64,000 nucleotides of DNA from Pseudogymnoascus verrucosus. Its lineage: Eukaryota. Position 1 is the stretch's first letter; every line of letters starts with the position of its first letter. The translations under genes and the position numbers were made by a program. Positions 15,186-28,003 of this stretch are shown here, in pieces. The notes under the pieces were generated by a model. That model made no database searches and was not told the DNA's origin. It was given only the letters and a program-made list of their open reading frames with translations. The stretch is from NCBI GenBank assembly GCA_001662655.1, contig KV460268.1. One strand, 5' to 3'.

Positions 15186-16713
15186 TCATGCTTGCTGCTT
15201 CTCCTTCTCCTTCGCTGCCTTCTTGTCCGCAATCATCTTTTCCTTGGCCAGTTTCTTCTCCTGGTTCTTGGTGAGTTTCGGTACGCCATCAACCGACTCG
15301 CCAGCAGCTGCAGACGACCCCTCAGCTGGAGCGGCGGCTGCAATGGGGTTTGGGTTGCCTGTCCACTCCAGCGGCCTGATTGCCATGTAACTGTCAATCA
15401 CAGCGTCATCGATAACCGAGCGACGCTCCTGGAAGCCCAACACATACTTCTCCAGCTCGGCAATGCATAGCGCCTTCAGCTCTCCTGTTAGCAGCTCCCC
15501 CTTTTGATACGCAATCTTAATCCTCTCTAGCTCTTCATCATCCTCAAGGAAGAACGTCAGGTACTGGTATGCAACGTCCATATCGGTGTCGCCTCCCTGC
15601 TCACGATGCTCCGCTTCCGAAACCTTGCCGCCCGAGAACGCGTATTTGTTGACCTTGGTCTTGATCTGCTTTGGTGTATCCTTCATGAAGATCGCGCTTG
15701 TATCAACACTTGCGCTCATCTTCGTGCCAGGGCCCTGCAGGGCATCGAGGAACCTAGCGTGTATGAGGGACGGCTTTGCGAAGTGGAGGCGAGAGGCCAC
15801 ATCTCGTGTTAAACTATCACAGTAAGTATGGGGTTTGGTTCGCAGTGATGAGGATAAACCAACCGGAAGTATGGATCCTGATCAATGGCGCAGGGGATCA
15901 AGCACGGAATCTGATGGGTCTTTGTCTCATCAGTTCCGAAGATGTGTGGGAACGAGGATGCGAATGAAGTGGCACCCTGCACTGCACCGAAGTGAATCTT
16001 GCCGATGCACGAGCTGTCGTTGAATCCAAAAACTGCGCGAGCAACATTCAATGTGACATGCTTCGATATGCGAGTAACATTGCGGTAAAAGGCTCCTCCC
16101 ATGTAGTCATAATCGCTGAAGATAAACGTCTTCTTCTTGTCGAATCCTACGGCGATAATATCCGCCGCATTGGTTCTAGTGTATGATTGGACTTCTTCTA
16201 TCGTGCGCTTCTCGGAGAAGAGGTATTTCTCGTCGTCTGTCATCATAATAATAAGAGGCACTTGGAAGACATCCTGTAACCATCTTATAGGGTTTAGCAT
16301 TTACGCAACGGGCAATGGCGGGGTACTTACTTTGTAAACTCAAAGGGAACAGTGTGACCAATGTGCATGCTATCACTGCTAGGGCCTCGTCCAGTATACA
16401 AGAAGAAGGGCTCGCCGCGCTCATATCGGTCAAGAATGAGGTTCAGATCTCTGTGACTGAAGACAATCCCTCTCCTCATGAAGCGATGTGGCTTGTGCCC
16501 CGTCACTTTCTCAAATCTCTCGAGTATCCCATCATCCGCCAACAGTTTTGTGCCAAACTCCTCGACCAAACTCAAATAGTTGATAGCCTTCGTTATTCCA
16601 TCAGCTCCCACCTCGCCCTTCACGTTCCAAGGATCGATTTGCTGTTTGTTCGCGTGGGTTGGGGGCAGCACCGCAGCGATTTCGGGAGAAGTTGGTGCTT
16701 CGGCTTCGGCCAT
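15186..16713 (-). CDS. WRS1: Cytoplasmic tryptophanyl-tRNA synthetase (3 exons)
   Basis: [16 protein letters not shown] (HIGH motif), [16 protein letters not shown] (KMSKS-like), YAFSGG. Confidence 0.97.
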
Positions 16714-17383
16714 TTCGTACAGTCGCAATTATGCAAAATTGACCTAGAGTAAATTTTGCAGTAGTATTTGCAGTTGTTCGTATTCGTTCAGCCGGCTTTG
16801 AGGGGATTTTCTGGACTTGTGGTGCCTTTCGTGGGATAAATGGAGGGGTTCAATATGACTCTTGTAACAAATCGGGCAGAATTTTAGTTGGGTAGGCGGT
16901 AAATCACATGACGTCAAGGTTCCTGTCAGATGCTAGAGATGCCGATCCGCCAGCCGTTGAGATGCTAAGTAGTGAGCTCATGACTATCAATAACATATTT
17001 TCTATCTTTTTGAAACTCTTCAATAGCCTTATCATCGTGTTGCATATATTTATTGTACTTTTTATTGTATTTTCCCCTCACACGCTCTTGACGCGGGATT
17101 GCCGTTCTTGTACTGGCTCAATCAAGCGAATCCGGGGTAAGGCTAGTTACAGTAAATCCGACTGGCCGAACGAATGTCACGCAGCCCAGCATCCGGAAGT
17201 CCAGGAAGAATTCTGTGAGCTCACCTACCAAAACGTCACCCTATAAACGGCTTGCCCCCTCCTCCCAAACCACCACCACCACCCACCTTGCATCTCCACG
17301 GCATCTCATCCTTGGAATCTATATTCCCAAGCCACCAATTCGCTTCTCAATGTACTACTAAACCGCTCCTTACCACCGCCGCA

Positions 17384-18175
17384 ATGGTAAAATTCTACGA
17401 CACCGACTTCACGTACGACTACTCCTTCCCCGCCGTCGCCCTCGCCTACTTCCTTCGATACCCAAACCCGTACAGCACACATGTCCTCTCCAGCGATGTG
17501 ATCGACCGCCATGTCGACCCCGAGACCGGCCGGCTGAGCACAACCCGCATCCACCTCAAGCGCTCGCGCCTACCTCCCGCTATCCTCAAGCTCCTCCCCA
17601 AGTCCGTCCAGGGCAATGTCGCTGGCGGCTCCAGCTCATCCTATATCCTCGAAACTAGCACCGTCGATGCGAAGGAAGGGTGGATGCAGACCGAGTCCCG
17701 AAACCTAGACTGGACGGGCATCCTGAGCGTGGTAGAGAAACAAGTGTATACGCGGCAGACGTCTGGCGAAAAGGTCGCCCTGGATGATATGCAGTCAGGC
17801 ACGACGGCCGTGGCTACCTCGATTAAATTCCGATCTCGGCTGGGCGAGAGACTGAGGGCTAGGGCTGAGGCACGGAGAGCGGAGGCGGATGAGGTGAATG
17901 CGAATCTGGATGAGGAGCCGAAGAAGGGCTTCCTTGCCAGCTGGTCGACGGCTGGCATTCAGCGAAGTATCGAGGCTATTGCTAGTCGGAGGACGATTGA
18001 TAGTCAGGGAAAGAGCAAGATGGGAATGACGATTGTGTTGGAACGACTACGAAATGGAGGGTTGATGGGAGGGCTGGAGGGAATGAGACGCGACCGGGAG
18101 GCGCTGTTTAGCGGAGACGCCGCTGTGAAACGCGCGTGGAAGGACGAGAAGCACCAAGTTGAAAAGGAGGAGTGA
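17384..18175 (+). CDS. UPS1: PRELI/MSF1-domain mitochondrial lipid transfer protein, Ups1-like
   Basis: MVKFYDTDFTYDYSFPAVALAYFLRYPNPYSTHVLSSDVIDR...TESRNLDWTGILSVVEKQ. Confidence 0.88.
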   Translation: MVKFYDTDFTYDYSFPAVALAYFLRYPNPYSTHVLSSDVIDRHVDPETGRLSTTRIHLKRSRLPPAILKLLPKSVQGNVAGGSSSSYILETSTVDAKEGWMQTESRNLDWTGILSVVEKQVYTRQTSGEKVALDDMQSGTTAVATSIKFRSRLGERLRARAEARRAEADEVNANLDEEPKKGFLASWSTAGIQRSIEAIASRRTIDSQGKSKMGMTIVLERLRNGGLMGGLEGMRRDREALFSGDAAVKRAWKDEKHQVEKEE

Positions 18176-18987
18176 GCAAGGTGCAGCCCCTCGTGGGCTG
18201 GGCCAATGTCGAAGGCCAACCTCGCCAGTGTAAGAACGGGAAGGGAGGTGTCTGATGACACCAATGTTACAGTACGGGTGTGCATGATTGGGGGCACCTT
18301 GTAAATATATGTTTTGGCTATGGCATGGATGGGATCTCGAAGCGCAGGCGTCTGGGATTAGTCATGCTTTTTAACGACCGTTCTCCTATTCTGCATTTTG
18401 TTTTACAAAGCTACTCTCTCATTAAGGGTGGGATCGAGTTTGGGGCTCTTCAATAATCTAAAATAAAAAGATATTACTATGAACTTCAGCTGTTGGCTCT
18501 CTTTGTGGTGGTATTTGAGAGTGCTAAGCAACCTCCGTTGATGGGTATGAGCATGGTATTATTCATGGCATCAAGTTGACGGCACCATTCCCATTCAGCG
18601 ATTCCAATTCAACCGTGTCTCACAAATGACGAGGATGTCCCCATCTGTGAATCCTGACTTCCCATAGTGCCAAATAGTGTTAGCAAAGTTAATAGATATC
18701 AAAGACATAGAAGTAGGCTAAGTTTTAACCAAGGCTTTCAGCAAAGCAACCAAATCCTCTTTGAAGCAAAGCCCATTCACTGTCTCCTAGCTGTGAACAC
18801 CAAAGCATCCGTCATTGCTTCAGCTCTGAGGGCACAGTTCTTGGTGTGTTGGTCACACTCAGAGATGATTATGCAGGATTCACAGGCCTGTATATGCATC
18901 ATTCCCACACGGGCCCGGATTGCTCTGTGAAATAACTCTTAGTCCCGCTCATGTCAGCGAAATCGCGACCCGGCTGGTTGCTTTACA

Positions 18988-19941
18988 ATGAGTAGCTTAA
19001 AAGCCTCTGCCAAACATTTCATAGTACCCAAAGATTTCCTCTATTGCATCGACTTCTTCGCCCAACCCAAGAACCGGCAGCCCCCCACCCCAACCAACCA
19101 TGCCGCTCCAAAACTGAGAATGACAATGGACGCGGTTTCTGCTGTTGAAACAGAACACAGGACAGAGGATATGGTGCTGAGATGGCTTGATGAACTGCCT
19201 GACAAGTTTTCACGCATCCCTGGAGATTCAAAATCGAAAGTTCGTGCATTGCAACTGGAAAAATTGGAAAGAGAGAGAGATATGGCATACCGTATGATAC
19301 TGGCACAACAGTCGCAGCCGCACTTCAACAACACGGAGCGGATGACGGTAATGAAATTTGGAGTTGAAGAGTACCTGAGACTTATCGAGCCAGATCGGCA
19401 ACGATTCCTCGAGGAGTTGGCTGCTGAGAGCAAGGAAGTGAAAGGACAAAAGCACAAAAGCGATACCAAAGAGCAGCCAAACTTTCTTCCGGCAGAACAT
19501 TTCGAGAAGACCCTGAATGATCCACGAAGCAGAGAGTATATGGAGACAAGAGAATCATTTCCACCTTGGGCGGATCCTTCACCTTCGTATGGCCCCCCTC
19601 CCCCGATTCCGCCACGGTCGATGTTGCGGCCGAGTGTAGCGACATTCTCTGAGACAGCTCCAGGAACCATTCAGCACGCTGAGCTTCTCAATGCCAGTTC
19701 TTCCCAATACTCATCAGTGGTGGATGTACTACCGAGAGAATCAACGGCCAATGGTAGGAGTGGTGGCGCGAGGGATTCGGAGTTAGGGACTCGGAGAGAC
19801 AATCCTGGGCTCATGGCTGAGTTGAGACTTGGAATGGAAAGACGCAGACAGAGGGAGAGAGCGATAGACGATGACTTGGAGAAGGAATGTGAGCCGGAGA
19901 CCAGTATCAGCAAGGTGTGGGCGTTGAAGCTGTGGAAGTAG
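18988..19941 (+). CDS. Hypothetical protein (start may be the internal Met near 19120)
   Basis: 317-aa ORF with natural, charged, partly helical composition and a Pro-rich segment. No recognised domain. Confidence 0.55.
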   Translation: MSSLKASAKHFIVPKDFLYCIDFFAQPKNRQPPTPTNHAAPKLRMTMDAVSAVETEHRTEDMVLRWLDELPDKFSRIPGDSKSKVRALQLEKLERERDMAYRMILAQQSQPHFNNTERMTVMKFGVEEYLRLIEPDRQRFLEELAAESKEVKGQKHKSDTKEQPNFLPAEHFEKTLNDPRSREYMETRESFPPWADPSPSYGPPPPIPPRSMLRPSVATFSETAPGTIQHAELLNASSSQYSSVVDVLPRESTANGRSGGARDSELGTRRDNPGLMAELRLGMERRRQRERAIDDDLEKECEPETSISKVWALKLWK

Positions 19942-20331
19942 GAGAGTAGCTGGGTGGAAGACGGTATGGAAACTGTATGGAGATGCACGATGGCATAGAA
20001 CTTAACTTGGAACACTATGGTTGTTACTGCCAAATCAAAATTTCGGTGTCGATATTAGAAGTTTCGTTCTCCAGTTCTAGCAAATGCGAATATTGTCCAT
20101 GCGTACTCGTGAGTATATTGAAGTTGTTCTTTATAACTCGTGTTGATAGTGGACGGAATAGAACCGCTCCCGTTCGTTTGACAGGAGGGGATCCAGCCCT
20201 GCGGGGTTCAGGCGATACGCGTTAATGACCAAAACGCGTCTCCCAAGGCGAACCTCGAATTTACGCGACATGCACCATAATTGCACAACGTCGCCGGTCA
20301 TTTTGTGCCTGCAAAAGCGCACCACATCACA

Positions 20332-22518
20332 ATGAGGCGATTTACTGAGAAAGAGAACCCGATCCCTTCATCCTCCCCAGCTTTTAGCACTCCGCACCAT
20401 CCAATTCGCGGCGGATTAGACTCTCCGATACCCAGCATCCTCCCGATCGAGCTTCCAATTGCCATACTTCGCCCAGTCGCATTCCGAGTTCTGACGAAAA
20501 AACATGGGCTTACCATTACATCGTCGGCTTTACAGAAGCTCACTACGTTTATTGGGAGGAACTGTGGTTCAAAATGGAGAGAGGGACTCGCGGAAGCGGT
20601 GCTGAACTTTGTTGCTCAGCATTGCAAGGACACAGGACGGGTTATTATAGATGCGCCTGACGATCAGGAATACCTGGGGACGATTTTCAAAGAGCTTTCG
20701 GGACGGATGAAGGGTGGCAGGATCACCCATGAGCTTAGGATAGATGGCCCAAATCCTGCCCGCGGACTTGCCAAACCTGGGGATACGGCGGGAAACTTGA
20801 GCGACATACGAAGTCATATAAAAGTGGTAGGGGCTCGAGAGCAACCACGGCTACTCTACAACTTCAAGACGAAGCACTTCGACAAAATCAATACGAGAGC
20901 CTCGTTACTTCCCTCAACCGCGAGCAAGACACAGCTCTTCCGAAACCGTTACAACATAATCCACCAGCGTCTTCTTCGCACCGAGTCCTTTCAAGTCCCA
21001 ACAGCGAACCGCGCGCCTACGTTGCATAGAAGCTCCTCCTCTATGATCACAGCCCAGCAGACACACAGATTAACTCCTATAGCCAACCTCCTTGGCAGAT
21101 CTGGCTCGCCGCATCTCCTCCTCGGCCTCTTAACCATTTCCCCAACTGGCACCCTCGCGCTGTCCGATCTCACCGGCTCCATAAGCCTCGACCTAACCCA
21201 TGCCCAGATGGCCGAGCCAGACGCAACCTGGTTTATTCCAGGCATGATCGTTCTTGTTGACGGTATATACGAAGATGAAGATCTCACGACTGGCTCCGTC
21301 CTTGGTGGTGGAGGTGGGATCGGAGGCACCGTAGGTGGAAAGTTCATTGGAACGATGGTGGGGACACCAATAGCAGAGAAACGACACATCACACTGGGCA
21401 CGGTAGGGGAAGGTGAAGGGGGCGATATCACCACCGGCGGCGGCTTTGGATGGGTTGATTTCCTCGGCGTCGGCAGCGAAAGGGAAAGGGGCCAGAGCAT
21501 GCGAGAGCTGGAGTCTCGAATATTCTCACCTCCCCCACCTCCTCCGCTTTTCGACTCTCAATCTCAGCCAGAAACACAACCAGCCGCCGCCGCCGCCCCT
21601 GTCCCGAATCGTGGCCACATCGCCATCCTCGGAGACCTCAATCTCGACAATCCACACACCGTCACTGCCCTCGCCAAGGTGCTCTCCGTCTACTCTCTCC
21701 TACCTCTCGAATCCCTCCCTATGACTTTCATTCTCCTCGGAAATTTCATTTCTCAGCCCTCCCTCGCCCTCTCAGCCACAGGGCCCGTCGAATACAAGGA
21801 ATACTTCGATATCCTCGCCGCCACTCTCTCCAATTTCCCAGTGCTTCTGTCGAACTGCACATTTGTATTCGTACCCGGCGACCATGATGCGTGGAACTCT
21901 TCCTTTTCCGCTGGTGCCGCGGGACCACTCCCGTATGATCCGGTGCCCTCAATATTCACCACGAGAGTACACAAGGCGTTTGTGACCGCCAACTCGGAAG
22001 CGAAAAAGGATGCAGGTGCCAATGCACCCCCAAGAGTTGATGGTGAGGCGATATGGACGTCAAATCCTGCACGACTGTGTCTCTTTGGGCCTACACATGA
22101 GATGGTGCTCTTCCGCGACGACATCTCAAGTCGTTTCCGACGACACGCGATCCGAACCGCCTCCGCACCTGTGCCCGAAGATCCGGAGCTCGATATCGAT
22201 GCTGAAACTCAAGAAGATCCGTCCATACACGCGGCTAGGAAACTTACACAAACCCTCTTAGATCAGGGACATCTGTCGCCATTCAGACTAACTGATCGCC
22301 CGGTCCTGTGGGATTATGCTGGTGCGCTGCAGTTGTATCCGCTACCGAGCGCGTTGGTGGTGTGTGATGCTGAGGCAAATGCATTTGTAGAGAAGTATGA
22401 GGGGTGCTGTGTTATGAATCCGGGGAGGCTGACAGGGGGCGGGAAGAGGAATATGGCTAGCTGGGTTGAATATGATATCAAGGAAAGGACGGCTAGGGTG
22501 AGAGAGGTGGGATATTAG
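20332..22518 (+). CDS. DPB2: DNA polymerase epsilon subunit B
   Basis: ILRPVAFRVLTKKHGL, FRNRYNIIHQRLLR, LTPIANLLGRSG, FVFVPGDHDAW, WTSNPARL, LDQGHLSPF...LYPLPSALV, GCCVMNPG. Single exon. Confidence 0.95.
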   Translation: MRRFTEKENPIPSSSPAFSTPHHPIRGGLDSPIPSILPIELPIAILRPVAFRVLTKKHGLTITSSALQKLTTFIGRNCGSKWREGLAEAVLNFVAQHCKDTGRVIIDAPDDQEYLGTIFKELSGRMKGGRITHELRIDGPNPARGLAKPGDTAGNLSDIRSHIKVVGAREQPRLLYNFKTKHFDKINTRASLLPSTASKTQLFRNRYNIIHQRLLRTESFQVPTANRAPTLHRSSSSMITAQQTHRLTPIANLLGRSGSPHLLLGLLTISPTGTLALSDLTGSISLDLTHAQMAEPDATWFIPGMIVLVDGIYEDEDLTTGSVLGGGGGIGGTVGGKFIGTMVGTPIAEKRHITLGTVGEGEGGDITTGGGFGWVDFLGVGSERERGQSMRELESRIFSPPPPPPLFDSQSQPETQPAAAAAPVPNRGHIAILGDLNLDNPHTVTALAKVLSVYSLLPLESLPMTFILLGNFISQPSLALSATGPVEYKEYFDILAATLSNFPVLLSNCTFVFVPGDHDAWNSSFSAGAAGPLPYDPVPSIFTTRVHKAFVTANSEAKKDAGANAPPRVDGEAIWTSNPARLCLFGPTHEMVLFRDDISSRFRRHAIRTASAPVPEDPELDIDAETQEDPSIHAARKLTQTLLDQGHLSPFRLTDRPVLWDYAGALQLYPLPSALVVCDAEANAFVEKYEGCCVMNPGRLTGGGKRNMASWVEYDIKERTARVREVGY

Positions 22519-22791
22519 TCCGCGTGGTACAGGTCGCGGTTGTGAGTACTTTGGGCGCGATACAGGTGAACTGGTGTTGTGGAGGGATAGGATCACGATA
22601 GGAGTCATATATGAATGACATGAATGCTGGATATATAGTTGCATAGCGCCGCGTTACGGTCCATAAATGATACATAATAAATCTACAATCCGTTTACCGG
22701 CTTAACTTCTCGTTCATCTATTATTACCTATCCACACACGAGCCAATTACCAAAGCTACTCGCCCACCCTGTATCCAAACCAGCGCCGTGG

Positions 22792-25700
22792 TTACCACCG
22801 ACTTTCGTCTAGAACGCCAAATAAGCTCTCAATCTCCTTTTCAACCTTCTCAATCTCCTCAGCCAGTTGGCCCGTCACCAGCGCATATGCATACAGCAAG
22901 GCGTAATCCTCATCCTTCGCCACAGCCATCCATTCCTCCCTCTCACATCCTCCCTCTCTCACACCTTCAGCATTCCGGTCTTCTTCCGACTTATCCTTTA
23001 TCGCCCCAACCCCAACCTCACAACTTCTAAATTTATAAATCCGACTCAGCAGCCGGTCTCTCGGACTCCTCATGCTAGGCATAGCATCATTAACCGCAAC
23101 AGGGTATTCCAACATCAAACTACTCGCCATCACCTGAAAGAGATGGCAAATACGCCCACACAATTCTTTTCTTTCCTCAACCGTAAACCGCAGCAGCGCA
23201 ATCTCCCCAGGAGACGCCACGAGGTTCTGCGCAATTACAGCATTCATTGAGTGGAAAGCCTCCAGCATCCTCCTCGTGCTCTCCATAATACGCGCAAATG
23301 GCGCTGACTTGAAGGGGCCGCGGAGTTCGAATTCACCCTTCGCTGACGCCCGCAACGAGTCTAGGTGTTTCAGTTGCGCTTGTAGCGCGAATTCGTCAGT
23401 CAAGTTCATGTAACTGGCGTGAATGTCTGAGGATAAGATCGCGGAGAGCGGATCGCGCTTCCAGATCAGACCCATGCGCAGCCAGAGTGTTGATAGGCCC
23501 TCTTTGAAGTGTGAGCGTGCGGAGTAGGGCCAGATGACGCGGACGATGAATAAACCCCAAAGACAGCCGCACGCGACTGAGGCGACACGATGAAGTGCAA
23601 TCTCCGTGATGATTGGGTTGACGCCGCCTTCGTCGTCGTCGTCTTCTCCCTGGCGGATGCTGAGAGAGTAGGCATATAGAGCGGAGAGGTTGTAGGTGAG
23701 CAGGATGAAGCGTCCAAAGGGCCCTCTACCTTCAACTACAATAATGTAGAAGCCGCCGAGGCAGACAAGCCACCCACAAAATCCCAAGGCATACGGATTG
23801 CCCTGGCACATAACCCAAATGATTATAGCAATTCCGGCACCGATCAAGGTGCCGCTAGTACGGGCCATGGCGGTTGTGTTTGAGGTGCCGGTTGTAATAG
23901 AGCACACCAGCATGTATGACAGAAGACCCCATTCGCCACGCCAAAACTGGTAGAAAGGTCGTGTGGCCGGAATGAAGGCAAACATAGCCCATAAGGCGGC
24001 ACCGACTCCAACTTTAATTGCATAGCGGATATCTTCACGTTCGAGGAACGCAGCCGCTTGGTATAACCGGCGCGAGAGCGATCGTTTCGGAATCCGACGC
24101 ACCTTTGGTATTGCTAAGTTTGCCTTTTTGATCTTTCTTGTATAGAAAATATCGTTGCTGTTCTGGGCGAGATCAGATTCTAGGATGCTGTCAGTACCAT
24201 TCCACGTTATTCCGGTATCAAATGTTTAAAACATACCTGCATCTCGTTCCTCGGTTTTCCACGACCAGAACTTCACCCAGTTCCAAGACCTTTTCTGCGG
24301 CCCTTGTAATTCTTCCTTGAGCTCTTCAAGGACTTCTAGATACTTTTGGATTCCTTCAGCAAAATCTTGGAGACAAAAACTGTAATGCCCACAACTGGCT
24401 GCCACCTCCTCAAAATCTGCCTCGACGCTCTTCTCCCTCTCTGGGTCTTTTGCTCTGTACAGCTGTGCCAACGCCTCTTCGCGAGCTTTCCTATACATAT
24501 CCAATGCGTCGCTAAGACTAAGCAGAAAGTTTTCATTGATAACAATCTTGAACTCCGGTCCAGGACCAAATGGCAGCTCGTCGAGGATCTGTTGCATCGT
24601 AAACACTAATGACTTCATCGAAGGTCCGAGATGCCTCAAAAACCGTGCAAAAATATCACTTGGTGTACGAATGGCCATCAAATCAGTAGCGTCCGAGTCC
24701 ATGGTGCCAGTTCGTTCAAAGCTAGGTCGCGATGAGGACTCTTCCCTTCCGCTATCCTCTTCAGCAGCTTCTTCAATGGCCGTTAAAGAATTGAATCGTT
24801 CCAGTTTCATTCTCGTAGTCCCCGTTATCGTGCCATAGCTGGCCATCCCGTGAGGCTTCTTGGGGCTCATAATCCCAGTATTGCCATTGGGGAACGTTTC
24901 CTGGAGAAGAGTGAACTGGGTCGTGGCAGCACTTCGAAGTCCACCGATATCTTGAGCCAGTCTCTCCATGCAGTTCACGATTTTTCTTTCGACGCGGTAC
25001 TGATCCTCCGTACCAAGGAAGTAATGCTCTGCCTTTGCTTCCCTTAGATTCTTCGACAACGCCGTGAACTCTGAAGTATACCGTTTCGTAGCAGCTCGAA
25101 ATGCCGACGACTTCAGTTCATCGTCGGAGCCTTGCAAGAAGCTCGTGGTGATAGTTGTGAGCAGGGCAGAAATTGCAAATGTAGTATCAATCATACTCTG
25201 CCTCAGGTCTTGTCTAGCAGAAATAGGCCAAAATACCAAATTAACAATGGTCGTTATGATCATCGCCATAATCAGCATTTTCATGACTTGTGTAATCTTG
25301 TCATCAGAGAAAATCCCAGTCTGAACCGCGTTCTCCTTTGTTATAACCGTTATGATAGCCAAACTCGCCAGACTGCAAGCTACACCGACCAAAGGCGATC
25401 CCATTCTCTGTTTTATCCATCCAACTAGCCCGAGGCCGCCTCCAACAAAGATGATGAGCACGAGTGTGTAGCCCAGCTCTATGAGTTCGAATTGTGTCTC
25501 GCAGAGCACCGATACCGCCATTGATGCCACAGATATAAAAGCGGCATACAGGAATGCAATGGTTCCCAGCATGACCGCCTCGACCATGGACCCTCCCGAG
25601 CGCGCCGGGTGGAAATACACCACGATTGTCGCAACCAAATGCTTCCCATCTCCGCGACCCAAGAAGTTGTACAAAAGCGGTACAAACGTTGCCATACAGG

Positions 25701-26178
25701 CAATCACATATGCTATCGAGCATTTGATCACCCCCCTCCCTTGTCTCGTCTGGAGCCATTTCCACAGGTCTTTGGCAGAGGCTTTCGTGCATTCGAAGGC
25801 CCTTGTAAAATTTCCCGTAGATATGTGCCTGTGGAATGGCAAAAGGGACGCCGTTTGATCCGTATCCAGCGGTCCATCGAAATTGGCAGAGTTTCGAAGG
25901 GTAAAATGGCGTCTCACACGCTCTCGCGTGCTCGGAATTATGAATGTCGCATTTCGAAACTATCGAGTTCTTGTCAGTGCCCCTCGCCCACCGCCATCAA
26001 GGTAATCCTGGGACAGGTATCTTACGCTGCGCCTCGAGATCTTTCGAGACTTCCGAATTAGAGGCGTAGAAGGTCCGGCGGGAGCGGCTTGCGGACTCAT
26101 ACTGAAGAGAACATTGCCGGTGAACTCTTCGTGGTTGCTTGATGCGCAATCGTTGTTTTCCTGGCTCCGCTCAGACAT
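22792..26178 (-). CDS. Aromatic-acid-exporter / fusaric-acid-resistance (FUSC_2, ArAE_2)-type integral membrane protein (3 exons)
   Basis: Introns 25960-26025 and 24180-24236 join the ORFs in frame. Motifs GVIKCSIAY, HLVATIVVYFHPARSGGSMVEA, YAIKVGVGAALWAM, WRGEWGLLSYM, GRFILLTYNLSALYAY. Confidence 0.88.
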
Positions 26179-27019
26179 TGCTGGATTACATTACGTAGCT
26201 TCGACCCCAGATTCTTGGCGGGCGGACCCTCCCGTTTCCCGCTGGAACCACACTGCAAGCTATCCCCAGCCACAGCTCGTGTGATGAACTGTCTCGTGAA
26301 GGAAACAAATGGAGGTGTACAAGGCCGTTGTTATGTGCCTTTCTTTTTAAGCAATTTGTAGTGGTCTGCCTACTTGTCTCGCGCAAAAGTCTATAGAGGG
26401 GAGACGGAACTTAAACGCACGTGCTAATAGCTGATCTGAAAGGTGGTACAACACAACCTTGTTTTTTAACTTGTCTGTGGTTTGGTCTCGAGTTGAAGGT
26501 GAGGGGTTCATATAGAAATAATAGTTATGTGAGAGTGTTATAGTAAGTAGAGACGTAATGGTACACTCGCTTTTAGTACGGTGCCGCCTACCGAACTGGC
26601 AATGTATCATGATATAATAGAACCTTAAAACAGCAGTAAATATAGTAGAAATAGGAACTTCAATTCTGCTGTGATCTATAGTGAAATGTGACAGACAGAG
26701 AAACCCATTACCTGTTTTGCGTTTTGCGTGTTCCTGTTTCCTGACATCTTTCTTTAATATTACTTGCTATTTATTTATTACCCAAATAAAATAAAACAGT
26801 TAACGAAAAAAAGTATTAAATTTAGTTATCAATAGTGTCAACTAAACTAAGATAAATAATAGTTTAAACAGGGCCATCATCAGCTAATTTTGCCTGCAAA
26901 ATACCAATCGTGGTGCCCTCCGGATCCCCCGGACTCATGGTCCTCCAAACGCCAGCCAATATATACCCATCCCGCTTTCCCATTATACCTGCTCATCTTC
27001 ATATCACTACAACCCCCTA

Positions 27020-27690
27020 TTAATTATTGGCCCTCTCACTGGGGATCAACTCATATCCTCCCTCAAGAGGCAAGAGATAGCTCGCAACGCCCACTCCACC
27101 AGCCGTGCACAGCACGACAGCCCAGCTGACCGTCCCCATAACCCAGCTCTGCCCCAACTCCCACCCAGGGAAGAACCTCTCATCATAATCCAACAGATAC
27201 GCAATCATCGCTGTGCTCGCCACCTGCCCAAGCACCACCACTCCCATCAAGCCCACCAGCACCTTCCATCCCTCCGCCCGTTTTTGTAGGCCACCTGCAA
27301 GTATAATACCGAATGTGATGAGTGTGACGATTTCAAGGATACCAGTAAACGACATCAAGAAAGCCGCGGAGCGCCAGATGGTGCAGAAATTGGGTCCATC
27401 TGAAAAGGGCGCGAGGCAGTCTGTCGAGGACGGGAAGGGGCGGCATGAGTTGGTGAGGGAGCTGCAGGCGCGATGGAGGCCGTATGTTATCCTGAGACGA
27501 TCATCTGGACTGATTGGCGAATCGATTGTAAGCCAGTTAGGCAGGAATATGGAGGTTAATGTCAGGACGGTTGCTGGATGGTTGTTAGTATGTGCGGATG
27601 GATGTGGGGGTGTTCTCGAGGTGGGGAGGGAGGGGACGAACCGCCGAGGAACGCGACGAGCGCGATGGAATACACGAGAACCCGTGCCAT
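27020..27690 (-). CDS. Four-TM claudin/PMP22-like fungal membrane protein
   Basis: MARVLVYSIALVAFL, one intron, then ...LPNWLT...YGLHRACSS...CRPFP...FCTIWRSAAFLMSF...W.LG.SW. W-x-GL-C-C extracellular loop and four hydrophobic segments. Confidence 0.75.
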
Positions 27691-28003
27691 GAGTAATGTT
27701 TGCCTGGTGTGTTTGATGGATGTGGTTTTATTCTTGCCTTGCCTCGTGCAAATGGTTGATGGTCTGGATACATATGCTCGCTTTTGGATGTGTGATGTTA
27801 ATGTGGTTACCTGGAGGGCTACGTAATCGCTTATCGGCGGGGCTGTGTCATATGTGGTGGCACGTATCAGGCTTTCTGAGTTGTTCACGAAGACTTCTAA
27901 TATTACATGTAGCACAATAATAACGCTACTTTCTACTAGATAGCAAGCAGCCTATTTCGCTTCTTCGTTTCATATACATTACAAGTCCATATCATAGGCC
28001 ACG

